NCBI RefSeq assembly: GCF_000143415.4
Contig: NW_003314283.1
Span: 799,955 to 863,954 of the forward strand
Direction: 5' to 3'
Origin: Selaginella moellendorffii
Lineage: Eukaryota > Plantae > Lycopodiophyta
DNA: 64,000 nt
In this document: positions 1 through 11,645 of the stretch, in pieces
Layout of the letters: each line of letters begins with the position of its first letter
How positions within the stretch are numbered: position 1 is the first letter of the stretch
Translations under genes and position numbers: made by a program
The notes under the pieces: model-generated
Database searches by the model: none
Seen by the model: the letters and a program-made list of their open reading frames with translations, nothing else
What the model was told of the DNA's origin: nothing

Positions 1-702
1 GTGCAAAGCCGCTGGTCTCTTGTGCGGTGATGAAGATCATGAGCTCTTTCAGCACCACCATGACCACCATCACGACAGGAGCGCTATGGAATCCTCCACT
101 TGAGATCTTGCCGAGAGGACCTTCTTCCAGCTCAAGACGCTTGTTGGTGCCAAGAACATACAGGTGCCACCGCCGCTGTGCTGGGAAAACTCCATCCCTG
201 TGAGTAAACAACTCCATCTGCTGCTAGAGCCTGCGCTTGCATCCATGAATCTGTCCCAGCTCCTGAGCCAGTCTCCATTTGCAGTGACGAGCAAGGATAG
301 CCTGGCGATATGCTGGTATCAAGCATGAGACCAACGCTTGTCACATCTCGGCAAAGTCAGGCCTCTTCGACCCTCCACAAGCTCGACTTGAAGTATACGG
401 TCAACACTCTGGAGTTTTATCCAAACAAGCCATTCCAGGTGGTGGAGACGAGCGTGGTGGCTGCAAATGGATATCTGGCCTGTCATCCATGACTTTCCCA
501 TTCGCCATCTTCATGTGCCACACAATACCGAACAGTCTCGTGTTGGAGGTGGATCTACTGAGAAGTTCTTCCAAAAACACGAAGCGTGCCATGGTGTATG
601 GATACCTCTGATTTTGCGCCTTCTCACATCTCTTTTAAGATTCTTAATACCAAGCGAGAGGTTTGTCACTGGCTTCCTACTTCTCATCTTGTGTGGTATT
701 AA
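1..702 (+). pseudogene. BURP-domain gene, third copy, 5' part outside window, disrupted
   Basis: Colinear with 3923-4700. CGA>TGA stop at 101-103 plus several deletions/frameshifts. Still ends ...CHWLPTSHLVWY* (TAA 700-702). Confidence 0.85.
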
Positions 703-1169
703 GCACCAAGCCTGAATGCTAGCGTGATTATATAGTAGAGTGTGATCACTAGGAGAATAAGGATTATGTGACTCTCCATGCCTTAAACGTCTTTTAATGA
801 GCCATCCTGAGGCTGAGGATCTTCTTCCCAGCGAAAGAAGAAGACGTGATGCTGAGCGTCCACTAGATCTCTTATGAGGACCACAACGGAGGGCCATCCC
901 AGCGAAGTGGTGGCAACGAGCAAAGTCTAGGAATCCACATCATTGTATGGGGTGGAGTGCAGGCGCGCTGTGTCGCTTGTGTTGGTCTCTCCGCCTGGGC
1001 AGAGCGATGCCACACCCTGCGCTCGTGCTGGCACCTCCAATCCATCCGTGGACACCAAAGCTCTTGGTTAATAATCATTAAATTAAATTTGTTTATGATA
1101 AGCTTTAAGAATCGGGATTTGGCTGGAATAAAGATTGGCTTCCTTGCCATACCATACATTTGAGAACAT

Positions 1170-1385
1170 AACCTTGGTTCATTATAGTCGATGTTCTAAC
1201 TTGTCTGAATGATATATGTACTTCAGGCATCTACAGCAATTCAAATGTTCAAGGACAAAGGGGCCACATTGCAATCTCAGTCCTTGATTTTTAGCAACAA
1301 GGCATGGAGAGGCTCAAGACTCTCTAATGTACAGCCCATGCATAGCAAAACGAATACAAACCTTTTGCTCTTGTACCACAATTTC
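1170..1385 (+). pseudogene. Relic paralog of the repetitive peptide precursor
   Basis: Same intron 3' end (ctgaatgatatatgtacttcag) as the precursors, then ASTAIQMFKDKG (cf. AAAALRTLKDNE) and a single LLLY-H core-like motif. Exon 1 is degraded. Confidence 0.6.
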
Positions 1386-2686
1386 TCGCATGCACACCAT
1401 AGCCCTCACCTTGGCTCACCTCAAACCCATATTTTAATTACCACTAATGGCTCGTTATTTTTGGTTTGCTTAGATATATTTAGAATATGCTTAGATATTC
1501 TAAGATATTCTACCATTTAACAGTTGTTATTCATTTAAATAATCTTGTATTTATAATTTATAAACATTTAAAAACCCTTTCTAGTATATTCATTTTTATT
1601 CTATCATCTAATGGTTTTGTGTTCATAAATTACAAACATGCTTATAATTATAAACTTTATTTTGGATTAATAAGTAATAATAAAACTACTATTAAGTAAA
1701 CCAAGCATTGCTACTCTCAGTTCAATGAGACAAAGTTTAAGAAATGTCATTTCTAATCAGTGTTTAATGTTAATTTTTTTATTAAAAAAGTAACCATTTT
1801 GTTGAGGTACCCCTCTTTCTCATTGTTGCCATCTTCTGGATTTTCATAAAACCACTACAAGGAGTTAGGGTTTGGCGTTCTGTCTTTTAGGTTTTGTAAC
1901 AAATTAGTGTATTTTCCATTTGACAGAATATTTGGTCAACAGTCGTTGCTATATGTGCGGGCCCCATGAATTGCAACTCACACTTTTTACATACAAAATT
2001 CATATTAACCTTTAAGTTAAAAGGATCCACATTGACAAATTTGTAACAACCTCAATGGAGGAGAACTCTCAGAAGGGAGACACCATTCCCATCATTTCTC
2101 CTAATACACAATGATTAGCATTTTAACATTAATGTCTAATAGTATGCAAATGTCTCAATCTAGACAAGTCATTAGGTGCTACCTTACATAAGTATATTAG
2201 AATATAAACCACCGTGATATATCAGAAACTAAATTGCATAAAAAATAATAAAATGAAAGCAAACCACGTTCACAACAAATTATTAATACTAATGCCTCTT
2301 TTTTTAATTAAATTATTTGATTTTTAAATTGTGCTAGAGTTTATGGTTCATGCACCTAAGAAAAATGTTACTTTCTACATGAAGATGTCTACATATTTAT
2401 CTATGAAGAATGAGATTAGAAATAGATAGAAATGTTTCCTTATGAGATTATAGGGTATTATTTGAATGCTTACAAATAAAATATAAGCTTGATTCTGTTA
2501 ATAAGTTTTTAAGAAAACCTTTTCTGATTTCAAAGGGTTTTTTTTAATTGTATTTTATTTGTGTCTTTTTTATTGTAAGGCTCTACTTTAAACTTCATAT
2601 TCTTATTATCTTAATACAGTAGAGCTTTGCAAAATATCAACGGTATATAGTAAGAGATCTTTGTCTCCTAGCATAAAGGATCTTAG

Positions 2687-3322
2687 TCAAACTTCACTTT
2701 CCAGGAAGGACTCGGGATTTGCCTGCTTCGCTTCCTTGTTATAGAAGAAAAAGGCCTCGGGATTAGCCTGCTTTACTTCCTTGTTATAGAAGACGAAGGA
2801 CTCAGGATTTGCTTGCTTTTCTTCCCTATTTGCTTGCTTCGCTTCCTTGTTATAGAAGACGAAGGACTCTGGATTTGCCTGCTTTACTTCCTTGTTATAG
2901 AAGACGAAGGACTCGGGATTTGCCTGCTTCACTTCCTTGTTATAGAAGACGAAGGCCTCGGGATTAGCCTGCTTCACTTCCTTGTTATAGAAGACGAAGG
3001 ACTCAGGATTTTCTTGCTTTTCTTCCTTATTTGCTTGCTTCGCTTCCTTGTCATACAAGAGGATGGACTCGGGATTTGCCTGCTTCGCTTCCTTGTTATA
3101 CAAGAAGAACGACTCGGGATTTGCCTGCTTCGCTTCCTTGTCATACAAGAGGATGGACTCGGGATTTGCCTGCTTTGCTTCATTGGTGTACATTACCTCT
3201 CCAGGCACTTGCTTTTCATTGTCCTTGAGTGTACGTAGTGCTGCAGCTGCCTGAAGTACATATATCATTCAGAAAACTTAGAAGCAGAGATTGATCTCAC
3301 CGTGAAAAACAAGAAGACTGTA
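2687..3322 (-). CDS. Repetitive secreted peptide precursor A (putative burpitide/cyclopeptide alkaloid precursor); start codon in the N gap
   Basis: Exon 1 partial 3301->3322 (..TVFLFFT), 50-nt GT-AG intron 3251-3300, exon 2 2687-3250. 15-aa repeats E(A/V)KQANPE(S/A)-xxxY-(N/D)K. Cores in order: ILLY, FFLY, ILLY, FVFY x5, FFFY. Confidence 0.85.
2705..3180. repeat. 45-nt coding tandem repeat of precursor A
   Basis: Unit gactcgggatttgcctgcttcgcttccttgttatagaagacgaag, with two 18-nt linker-only insertions. Confidence 0.95.
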
Positions 3323-3619
3323 NNNNNNNNNNNNNNNNNNNNNNNNNNNNNNNNNNNNNNNNNNNNNNNNNNNNNNNNNNNNNNNNNNNNNNNNNNNNNN
3401 NNNNNNNNNNNNNNNNNNNNNNNNNNNNNNNNNNNNNNNNNNNNNNNNNNNNNNNNNNNNNNNNNNNNNNNNNNNNNNNNNNNNNNNNNNNNNNNNNNNN
3501 NNNNNNNNNNNNNNNNNNNNNNNNNNNNNNNNNNNNNNNNNNNNNNNNNNNNNNNNNNNNNNNNNNNNNNNNNNNNNNNNNNNNNNNNNNNNNNNNNNNN
3601 NNNNNNNNNNNNNNNNNNN
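3323..3619. other. Assembly gap (N run)
   Basis: Run of Ns hiding the precursor A start codon and most of the shared promoter. Confidence 1.
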
Positions 3620-3694
3620 AAATACTGAACAAGTGGAAACATCACACCCACAAGAGTTCATATTATAATTATAGACTTTGCAATTCCAGAACTC

Positions 3695-4700
3695 ATGGCG
3701 GACACTTTGTTGGTTCTCATGTTCCTGGCATTATGTGTGATAAGCTTCACGAATTTCATAACTCTTCGAATCAAATCCAACTGATTGTGCTCTCCGCCAG
3801 GGATACTTGGAGGGATTCCAACTTCCACGCTCCATTCGTGAGAGGCTATCGCCCCTTGACGACGCTTCAGCGCTGCACATCAAGCAGGAACTCCAAGCTT
3901 CCAGCAGGATATCACACGAGTCGTGCAAAGCCGCTGGTCTCTTGTGCGGTGATGAACATCACTCCCTTCGTCAGCTTTTTCACCACCACCATGACCATCA
4001 CGACAGGAGCGCCATGGAATCCTCCACTCGAGATCTCGCCCAGAGGACCTTCTTTCAGCTCAAGACGCTTGTTGGTGCCAAGAACATACAGTTGCCACCG
4101 CCACTGCGCTGGGACAACTCCATCCCTGTGAGTAAATTCCTTCATCCGCTACTAGAGCCTGTGCTTGCGTCCATGAATCTGTCCCAGCTCCTGTCCACCA
4201 TGCACTTCTCGAGCCAGTCTCCATTCGCAGCGACGAGCAAGGATAGCCTGGAAATGTGCTCCTCCCACGGGGGGATCAAGCACGAGATCAAGGCTTGTCA
4301 CGTCTCGGCAAAGTCCATCCTGGATCAGGCCTCTTCGACCCTCCACAAGCTCGAGTTGAAGTATGTGGCCAACACTCTGGAGTTTGATCCGAACGAACCA
4401 TTCCAGGTGGTAGAGACGAGGGTGGTGGCTGCAGATGGATCTCTGGCCTGTCACCCCATGACTTTCCCATTCGCCATCTTCATGTGCCACACAATACCGA
4501 ACAGTCTCGTGTTGGAGGTGGATCTACTGAGAAGTTCTTCCAAGAAGACGAAGCCTGCCATGGTGAAAGTTCCTGCGGTTTGCCATATGGATACCTCTGA
4601 TTTCGCGCCTTCTCATATCTCTTTTAAGATTCTTAACACCAGGCCCGGCGAGGGAGAGGTTTGTCACTGGCTTCCTACTTCTCATCTCGTGTGGTATTAA
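3695..4700 (+). CDS. Stand-alone BURP-domain protein A (putative copper-dependent peptide cyclase); intron-1 donor mutated
   Basis: Signal-peptide exon MADTLLVLMFLALCV 3695-3739, exon 2 3801-4700. FF motif, then CH-x10-CH-x30-CH-x25-CH-x8-W. The donor reads AT at 3740 where copy B has GT. Confidence 0.85.
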
Positions 4701-5029
4701 GCTCCAAGCCTGAATGCTAGAGTGAATATATAGTAAAGTTTGATAACAAGGAGAATAAGAATTATGTGGCACTCCATGCCTCAACCGTCTTTTAATGAGC
4801 CAGCTTGAGACTGAGGATCTTCTTCGCAGCGAAAGAAGAAGACGTGATCGACTCCAAGCTGAGCGTCCACTAGATCTCTCATGAGGACCACAAAGGAGGG
4901 AGGGCCACAGTAATCCACATCTTTGTATGGGGCCGAGCTTGGGGGACATCCGTGGACACCATAGTTTGGAGCCAGATTGTTATAAAAAGCTCCTGGTTAA
5001 TAGCATTATATTATGATTCTTCCCAGGTT

Positions 5030-5140
5030 TTACCAGAAGAAAGAATTGGGATTTGGCTGCTTGGATCCTTCCATACCAGAACAAAGCTTCAGGATTTGGC
5101 TTCCTTGCCATGCCAGAAGAACGACTCAGGTTTTGGGAAC
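5030..5140 (-). pseudogene. Relic precursor repeats with Trp-containing cores
   Basis: Minus strand reads PKPES-FFWH-GKEA / KPNPEA-LFWY-G / KQPNPNS-FFW* across frameshifts. Confidence 0.7.
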
Positions 5141-5163
5141 ATAACATTTTGATAAAAAAAACC

Positions 5164-5409
5164 ATGGCTTGGTTCATTACAGTGCAATCTCAGTCCTTGA
5201 TTTCTAGCAACAACTTCAATGTACACCAAGAGAGCCTTAATATATTATACACTTTTCTCAACTTTGCAGATCTCAACTTTGCAGAATATCAACTTTTTAA
5301 AATCTCAACAGATCTCAACTTTGCAGATCTCAACTTCGCAGAATATCAAGTTTTAAAATCTCAACAGATCTCATCAGAAATCAACTTTGCAGACAACGCT
5401 GTAAATTAA
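5164..5409 (+). other. Short ORF starting MAWFITV with LNFA(D/E) repeats (copy A)
   Basis: The first 7 codons match precursor exon 1 (MAWLITV). Followed by the 15-nt repeat ctcaactttgcagat. Confidence 0.35.
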
Positions 5410-5574
5410 GAGATCCTTGTCTTCTAGCATAAATCGCAACTGGTGTCATTCAATCATCCACGTGAAACATCACTCTCCAGCAAGTTTTCAATAACACTTT
5501 TGCAGACAAAGTTTAACAATGACGTCGTACTTGTTTTGGTATATTTCTACTTTAACTATAGACTTGGACTAACG

Positions 5575-6342
5575 CCGGACACTTGTTTGGTTCTCGTATT
5601 ATGTGTATTAAGATTGACAACTCTTACAATCAAATCAAAACGATTGTTTACGAGATTCCATCTTCCACTATGACGCTTCAGCTCTGGCTATCAAGCAAGA
5701 AATCGAAGCTTCCGGCAGGATGTGACGTGAGTCAGTCTATTGTGCAGTGATGAACATCACTCCCTTTGTCAGCTCTTTCACCGATTCAGCGAAAGTGAAT
5801 CATTTTCTGTACATTGGACCCAAACATTTTTCCACTTTGCACAACTCTGTGGGGATAATAGGTTTTTGCATATTTGAAGGTAAGAGAGAGTGATTTTAAA
5901 ATTTGGACATTCTTCAAACCCCGAGTGCAACCATTTCTGAAAAATCCTAAAGAATATTGAACCAAATGATGACGTCATTATTTCGCCTTTTTGATTCCGG
6001 ACGAACGTTTGGTGCAAGGATAACCTGGCGATGTCCCAAGTCGCCGGGATCAAGCACCAGATCAAGTCTTATCACGTCTCCACAAAGTCCACTTCGACCC
6101 TCCCAAGCTCGAGTTGGACACTCCAAACGAATTATTCTAGGTGGTGGTGGCTGCATCGCCTGTCACCCCATACTTTCCCATTCACCATCTTCATGTGGCA
6201 CACGATACGGGAGAAGTTCTTCCAAGAAGACGAAGCCTGCCACGGTGAAAGCTCCAGTGGTTTGTCTTATGATTTCGAACCTTCTCACATCTCTTTTAAG
6301 ATTCTGGCCCGGCGAGGTACTTCTCATCTCGTGTGGTATTAA
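5575..6342 (+). pseudogene. Degenerate BURP-domain paralog
   Basis: Fragments GIKHQIKSYHVSTKS, ACHP..FPFTIFMWHTI, PSHISFKIL..TSHLVWY*. Many frameshifts; CH motifs partly lost. Confidence 0.85.
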
Positions 6343-6655
6343 GCTCCAAGCCTGCCAGGAAATGGAATGCATGATCGAAGCAACTACATAAAATTACCTT
6401 GAGCGGTAATCCCTTGTGCGTGTGAGATCGATCACAAGGAAAATAAAGACGTCGTTGTTCGTTTATCTCTTTGGATAGTTCCAACGCTAATCGAAAATAG
6501 ATTGTGGAATAGAGTTCTCTTAGAGAGCGGCTACAAGGCAAACAAGGATAAATTTCTTCCAAGAGGTATAAATGCTTGCGCGAACCAGTCGACACCCCGT
6601 AACAGAATTAGATACGTTGTTTCTGTCAAAGTTTCATTTCACTTATTTTAGATAC

Positions 6656-7985
6656 TTACGTGTTTGATTTCTTCACCTGTGGAAAGAAAAAAAAGATCAA
6701 ACAAAGAGAAAGAAGCGAACATTCAGTACCTTCTTCAGGTATAACTTATGGAACTTGAGCGCTTTTTGGCACGCTCGGTATGCGTCTATCTTGCCGCTCA
6801 TATTGTTCAGAGCCTGCGACGCATATTGTTACCAGGGAAAATGAGGAAAAAAAGGAAAAGCATTAAACTTTTCCTCACCCTCACGACTTCGTCCAGGCCT
6901 TGAATTCTCTTTATAAACTTGGATCGTAGCAGCACCAAGATCCCGGCTACAAAGAAAACTGCCAGGGACGGATGCTCGTTGAGGGCTCTTGGCGATCCAT
7001 ACTTAATGTTCCGCTTTGCAAATCTACCTCCAGCTCTATAGTCCGGCTGTACGTTGTCAATGTGACCATCTGGGGACTCCATGTAGAGAATTTGAACTCG
7101 AAAGCCCACATCATCTACAAAGAAAGAAAAACTCGCGTGGGCGAAAGAACATCAACATTTCACAACGGTTGGACTTACCTTCCAGAGGCTGAGCGTATCA
7201 ACGACCGAAAACTCCCGGCGAAAGTTAACCATGAGCATTCGAAACGCAAAAACATAGTTGCTCCCTCCAAGTGCCTCTACAAAAAAAGGTCGGCAAAGAC
7301 CTTCATCTTCGAAATCCTCACCTAGAGTTCTATGAAGCTTTGGATCGATTACTCGCATGGCAGCTGCGAGGAAGGAGAGCTCCTTCTGAACCCCCATCAT
7401 CTTATTCGTGCACCTGAAATTTTCCCGCTTGCCAACATCAAACGTGATAAACTTGGTACTAAGCGATATAAAATCTTGAGAAGCGCTTTGCAGAAAACGT
7501 ACCACTCGACGCATCAGGCACTTGAAGCACCAAAAGGCGTCAGCCTCGTCCGGGAAAAGGAGCACCATCGGCGAGCAAAGATCGCTCATACCTTGACAGT
7601 AGCCAACCTCCTCGTCGATCCAAGCGTACACTGCCAGGATGTCCCAGAGCTTTCCCAAGTTCTTGGGATCCTCGTAAAACTCTAAAACTCTATCCGTGCG
7701 AACTACATCCAGTCCTGCAAAGCGAAAGTTATGAAAAATAATCATACCAATCTGGTGGAGGAGGACTTTCCACTGGACAATCTTTGCGCTCGGCGATGGA
7801 TCCAGCACTCCATTTATTGTCTGCTCTTCAATGGATTCTGCTAATACTTGGACAGAAAGTGAAAAGCCCGAAGCAAACAAAGAAGTAACCACCTGGGTTA
7901 TTCTCCTCCATGGAAACTCCGTCGGCATTCATTCGCGGCGATATCACAACTTCACCACTTCCAACGGCCGCATCCATTCGTTTAC
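6656..7985 (-). pseudogene. TBC-domain RabGAP, 5'-truncated copy
   Basis: GLDVVRTDR, GYCQGMSDLCSP and FAFRMLMVNFRREFS motifs. Lacks the ~600 bp of 5' exons present in copy B and has small deletions. Confidence 0.8.
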
Positions 7986-8103
7986 ACACTCTACACGCTC
8001 TAAACTCTCGTTAAGTAATCGTACGAATATGCTCCATTCTTTGCTCCAGTTCGAATCGCGTAGCTAACGTTTAATTTTAATTCCACATTGTAACTATATT
8101 GCC

Positions 8104-9710
8104 ATGGACAAAGCCCAGTGCGTGGAGCTCATTCGATCGTGCAAAAGCCTCCCAATGGCCCAGGAGATCCACAAACGCATCCAGGCGAATCCACCACTCC
8201 ACGAGAGCCTCTTTGTCTACTGTTTAACCAGTTTGGCAGTCTCGTAAATGCCCGAAGCGTGTTTGATCGCATCGAGAACAAGGATGTTTTCTCGCTGGTT
8301 CTTATGCTCTGCGGCTACTCTCGCAGCGGGCAAGTTTCCAATGCAAAAGCCATCTTTGATTCCATGCCCGAAAAGAATCTTACAAGCTGGAACGCTATGA
8401 TGGCAGCATATGCCAAGAATGGGTATATGGACGAGGCAGAACTACTGTTTCAAGAGATGCCGTTTCACGATGCCGTGTCATGCAACACGCTCATAGCTGC
8501 ACACTCGCAAAGAGGGAATTTGGATACTGCGAATGAGATCTTTGATGACATGCTTTTTAAAACTCTACCATGCTGGAATGCCATGCTGTCTGCATATGCC
8601 ACAGGCTGGCATCTTGTACAAGCAAGACAGACATTTCACTCGATGCCTGCTCGAAATCTGATCTCTTGGACATTATTCTTAAACGCACTAATCATGGAGG
8701 ATGATCTTCAAATGACTAGAAGTGTTTTAGCGAAATGCCCTGCTGGAATCTGTTTGCCTGTAACTCAGTACTTTCCGCATATGCCCGAAAGGGGAATCTT
8801 CTCGAAGCCATGCTAACCTTTGACACAATGCTCGAGAGGGATATAATCACTTACACAAACATGCTGGAAGCTTTCATCCACAACGGTTGCCTCTTTGAAG
8901 CCAGCAATTTGTTCTCGCGGATGCCATAGCGGGATCTTGTGGCCTACACCGTAATGGAATCGGCCTATGCTCAAAAGGGCGAGCTCGAGAGAGCCGAGGC
9001 CATCTTCAACTCCATGCCGCAGCGTGATCTGGTCGCTTGGAACGCCATGATCCGGGGCTTACTCCCAACACGGCCGAGTCGAGCAAGCAAAGTTTCTCTT
9101 TGATTCCATGGCCGAGAGAAACTTGGTCTTCTGGACCTCAATGCTCACGGCTTACACAATAAGTGGCTACTTCTCGCAAGCAGAGCAAAACTCCGTCTCG
9201 TGGAATGCCATCCTTTGCATGTATGCTCAGCACGGCCATTTGAGCTCCGCAAGGAAGATTTTCGATGCCATGCCCGAGCAAGGAGTGGTATCATGGAGCG
9301 CCATGCTCGCTGCCCACGTAAGAAACTTGTCCTCTTCCCGTGCTCTCGAGCTCTTTGACGAGATGAAAGCTTTGCATTGTCCCGACGAAGCTAGCTTCTT
9401 CTCAGCTATGGTTTCGTTTGGACAGCAACGCTGCATCTCCAGAGCCAAGTCTTGCTTTGGTTCCATGGTGGCCGATATGAAGTGGCGCCATCAAAGCAGC
9501 ACTACTCTTGCATGGTGGATTTGCTCGTTCGATCTGGGAGAAGTTTGGAGGCCGAGGAACTTGTGTTTGCCATGCCTTTTAAGCCCAGTAACTTGGAATG
9601 GTCGTGCTTGCTGCGTGAAAGAAACTCCAGTTCGATGTTAATCACCAGAGGCAAGATCAAGTTCCTCGGATGGAGCGGTTTACGTGCTGCTTGCCAATGC
9701 ATTAACTTGA
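8104..9710 (+). pseudogene. PLS-type PPR gene, disrupted copy of 17598-19262
   Basis: Near-identical to the intact copy but with frameshifts and a CAG>TAG stop near 8927. Confidence 0.9.
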
Positions 9711-10136
9711 AAGCTAATATGAAACCTGTACATTAAAAAGATGGCTCATTTCAAGTTTTGCTATTGTGCCTCTATGTCTCCTCCAGTTTGGGTTGCCACA
9801 CGGAAGAGGGCTGTGGTCGTTCTATGAGGCTGATGACCCCAATGCTTCTCCGCTTGCTCTTGCTCAATGGAGGTTTTTGTTCAAGATAGACGCATCTATA
9901 CTAGTAATACTAGCACCTTTATACAAAAAGATGCAAAGAAGCTAGTTATTAATATTAGTGCTTGCTTCCTTGTTTCAAAAACTTGAGCGTCCACTAGATC
10001 TCTACCACAAAGGAGGGCCATCCCAGCGAAGTGGTGGCAATGAACAAAGCCTAGGAATGCTGGCACCTCCAATCCATCCGTGGACACCAAAGCTCTTGGT
10101 TAATAATCATCAAAGTAAATCCGTTTATACCCTCAT

Positions 10137-10230
10137 TTATGATAAGCTTTTGCTCCTATACCAAAAGAAAGAATCGGGATTTGGCTGCTCATACCAGAAC
10201 AAAGCATTGGGATTGGCTTCCGTGCCATGT
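10137..10230 (-). pseudogene. Relic precursor repeats with LFWY and FFWY cores
   Basis: In one frame: EANPNA-LFWY-EQPNPDS-FFWY-RSK. Confidence 0.7.
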
Positions 10231-10239
10231 TCTAACTTG

Positions 10240-10390
10240 TCTGAATGATATATGTACTTCAGGCATCTACAGCACTTCAAATGCTCAAGGACAAAGGGGC
10301 CACACTGCAATCTCAGTCCTTGATTTCTAGCAACAAGGTAATGTACGCATAGAAAAACGAATACACACCTTTTGCTCTTGTACCACAATG
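10240..10390 (+). pseudogene. Relic precursor paralog (copy B of 1170-1385)
   Basis: Acceptor ...gtacttcag, then ASTALQMLKDKGATLQSQSLISSNKVMYA*, then frameshifted TNTHLLLLYHN. Confidence 0.6.
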
Positions 10391-10724
10391 GAGCCTTTCT
10401 CACATGCACACCACAGCCCTCAAACCCATATTTCAATTATCACTACCCACCCTGCCCCAGGCTTGAGATCGGGGCTGGGTTCTTTATTTTTATTATTATA
10501 GATTACTATTTTATTAATTTTTCTTAAATATCAAGAAAGAAGTTTAAGAAATGTCACTCTTAATCTTTGTTTCTAATCAGTGTTTAATGTTAATTTTATT
10601 TATTAAAAAGGCAACTTTGCCATCTTTTTGGATTCATAAAACCGCTACGAGGAAGTTTTGTAGCGCCCCTTTTACACCCCAAGCATTTGCATTGGTTGTG
10701 GCTAAATGCAACACTTTAATGCCA

Positions 10725-10841
10725 TTTAGGGCCTAATGGCGCCGGTGGGCATTTTAGGCCCAGGTGGCGTGCGCTAGAGCCCCGGCTATTTGGCCCCCAA
10801 CGGTGCCCGTCTATTCGGCTATTGCGCCACCAAGCCCTAAT
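10725..10841. mobile_element. Possible MITE-like GC-rich insertion specific to unit B
   Basis: Imperfect inverted ends ttagggcctaatggcgc / gcgccaccaagccctaa. Absent from the matching unit A region (~1860-1905). Confidence 0.35.
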
Positions 10842-11645
10842 AAAAAATTTAAAAATTAAGAAAAAGTTCAGTGTATTTTACATTTGACAGAATATTCTGT
10901 CAACAGTGTGGACTTGGCTCCCTATACCATGAATTGCAACTCACACTTTTTACATACAAAATTCATATTATCCTTTAAGTTAAAAGGATCCACATTGACA
11001 AATCTGTAACAACCTCAATGGAGGAGAACTCTCACAAGGGAGACACCATTCCCCATCATTTCTCCTAATACACAATGGTTAGCATTTTAACATTAATGTC
11101 CAATAGTAAGCAATTGCTCAATCTAAACAAGTCATTAGGTGCTACTTTACATATGCTAAATAGTATTAATATTTTGTTGTGAACGTGGTTTGCTTTCATT
11201 TTTATTATTTTTTATGCAATTTAGTTTTTGATATGTCACAGTGGTTTACTAATGCCTCTTTTTGTTAATTAAATTATTTGATTTTAAAATTGTGCTAAAG
11301 TTTATGGTTCGTTTGCTCCTAAGAAAAATTTTACTTTCTACATAAAGATGTCTACATATTTATATATGAAGAATGAGATTAGAGATAGATAGAAATGTTT
11401 CCTTGTGAGATTATAGGGTATTATTTGAATGCTTACAAATAAAATATAAGCTTGATTCTGTTTATAAAACCAATCAATGACATGCTGGGGTAACATGGTT
11501 AATTTAAACTGAATTATGTTTAAAGGTTAGAAGGACATTTTTCTGATTCGAAAGGGTTTTATTTTTTTTATTGTATTTTATTATCTCAATACATTAGAGA
11601 TTTGCAAAATATGAACGCAAGAGATCTTTGTCTCCTAGTTCTTAG

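Noticed and set aside
2705-3180. 45-nt repeats as a CRISPR array
   Set aside because: Eukaryotic context, no unique spacers, no cas genes. Unit length is a multiple of 3 inside a spliced ORF.
3265-3661. Poly-X ORFs
   Set aside because: Artefacts of the N gap.
4129-4170. GTGAGT as a second intron donor in the BURP gene
   Set aside because: The frame is open through it and the translation aligns with the typical BURP FL..../C...GI..E.K.C segment.
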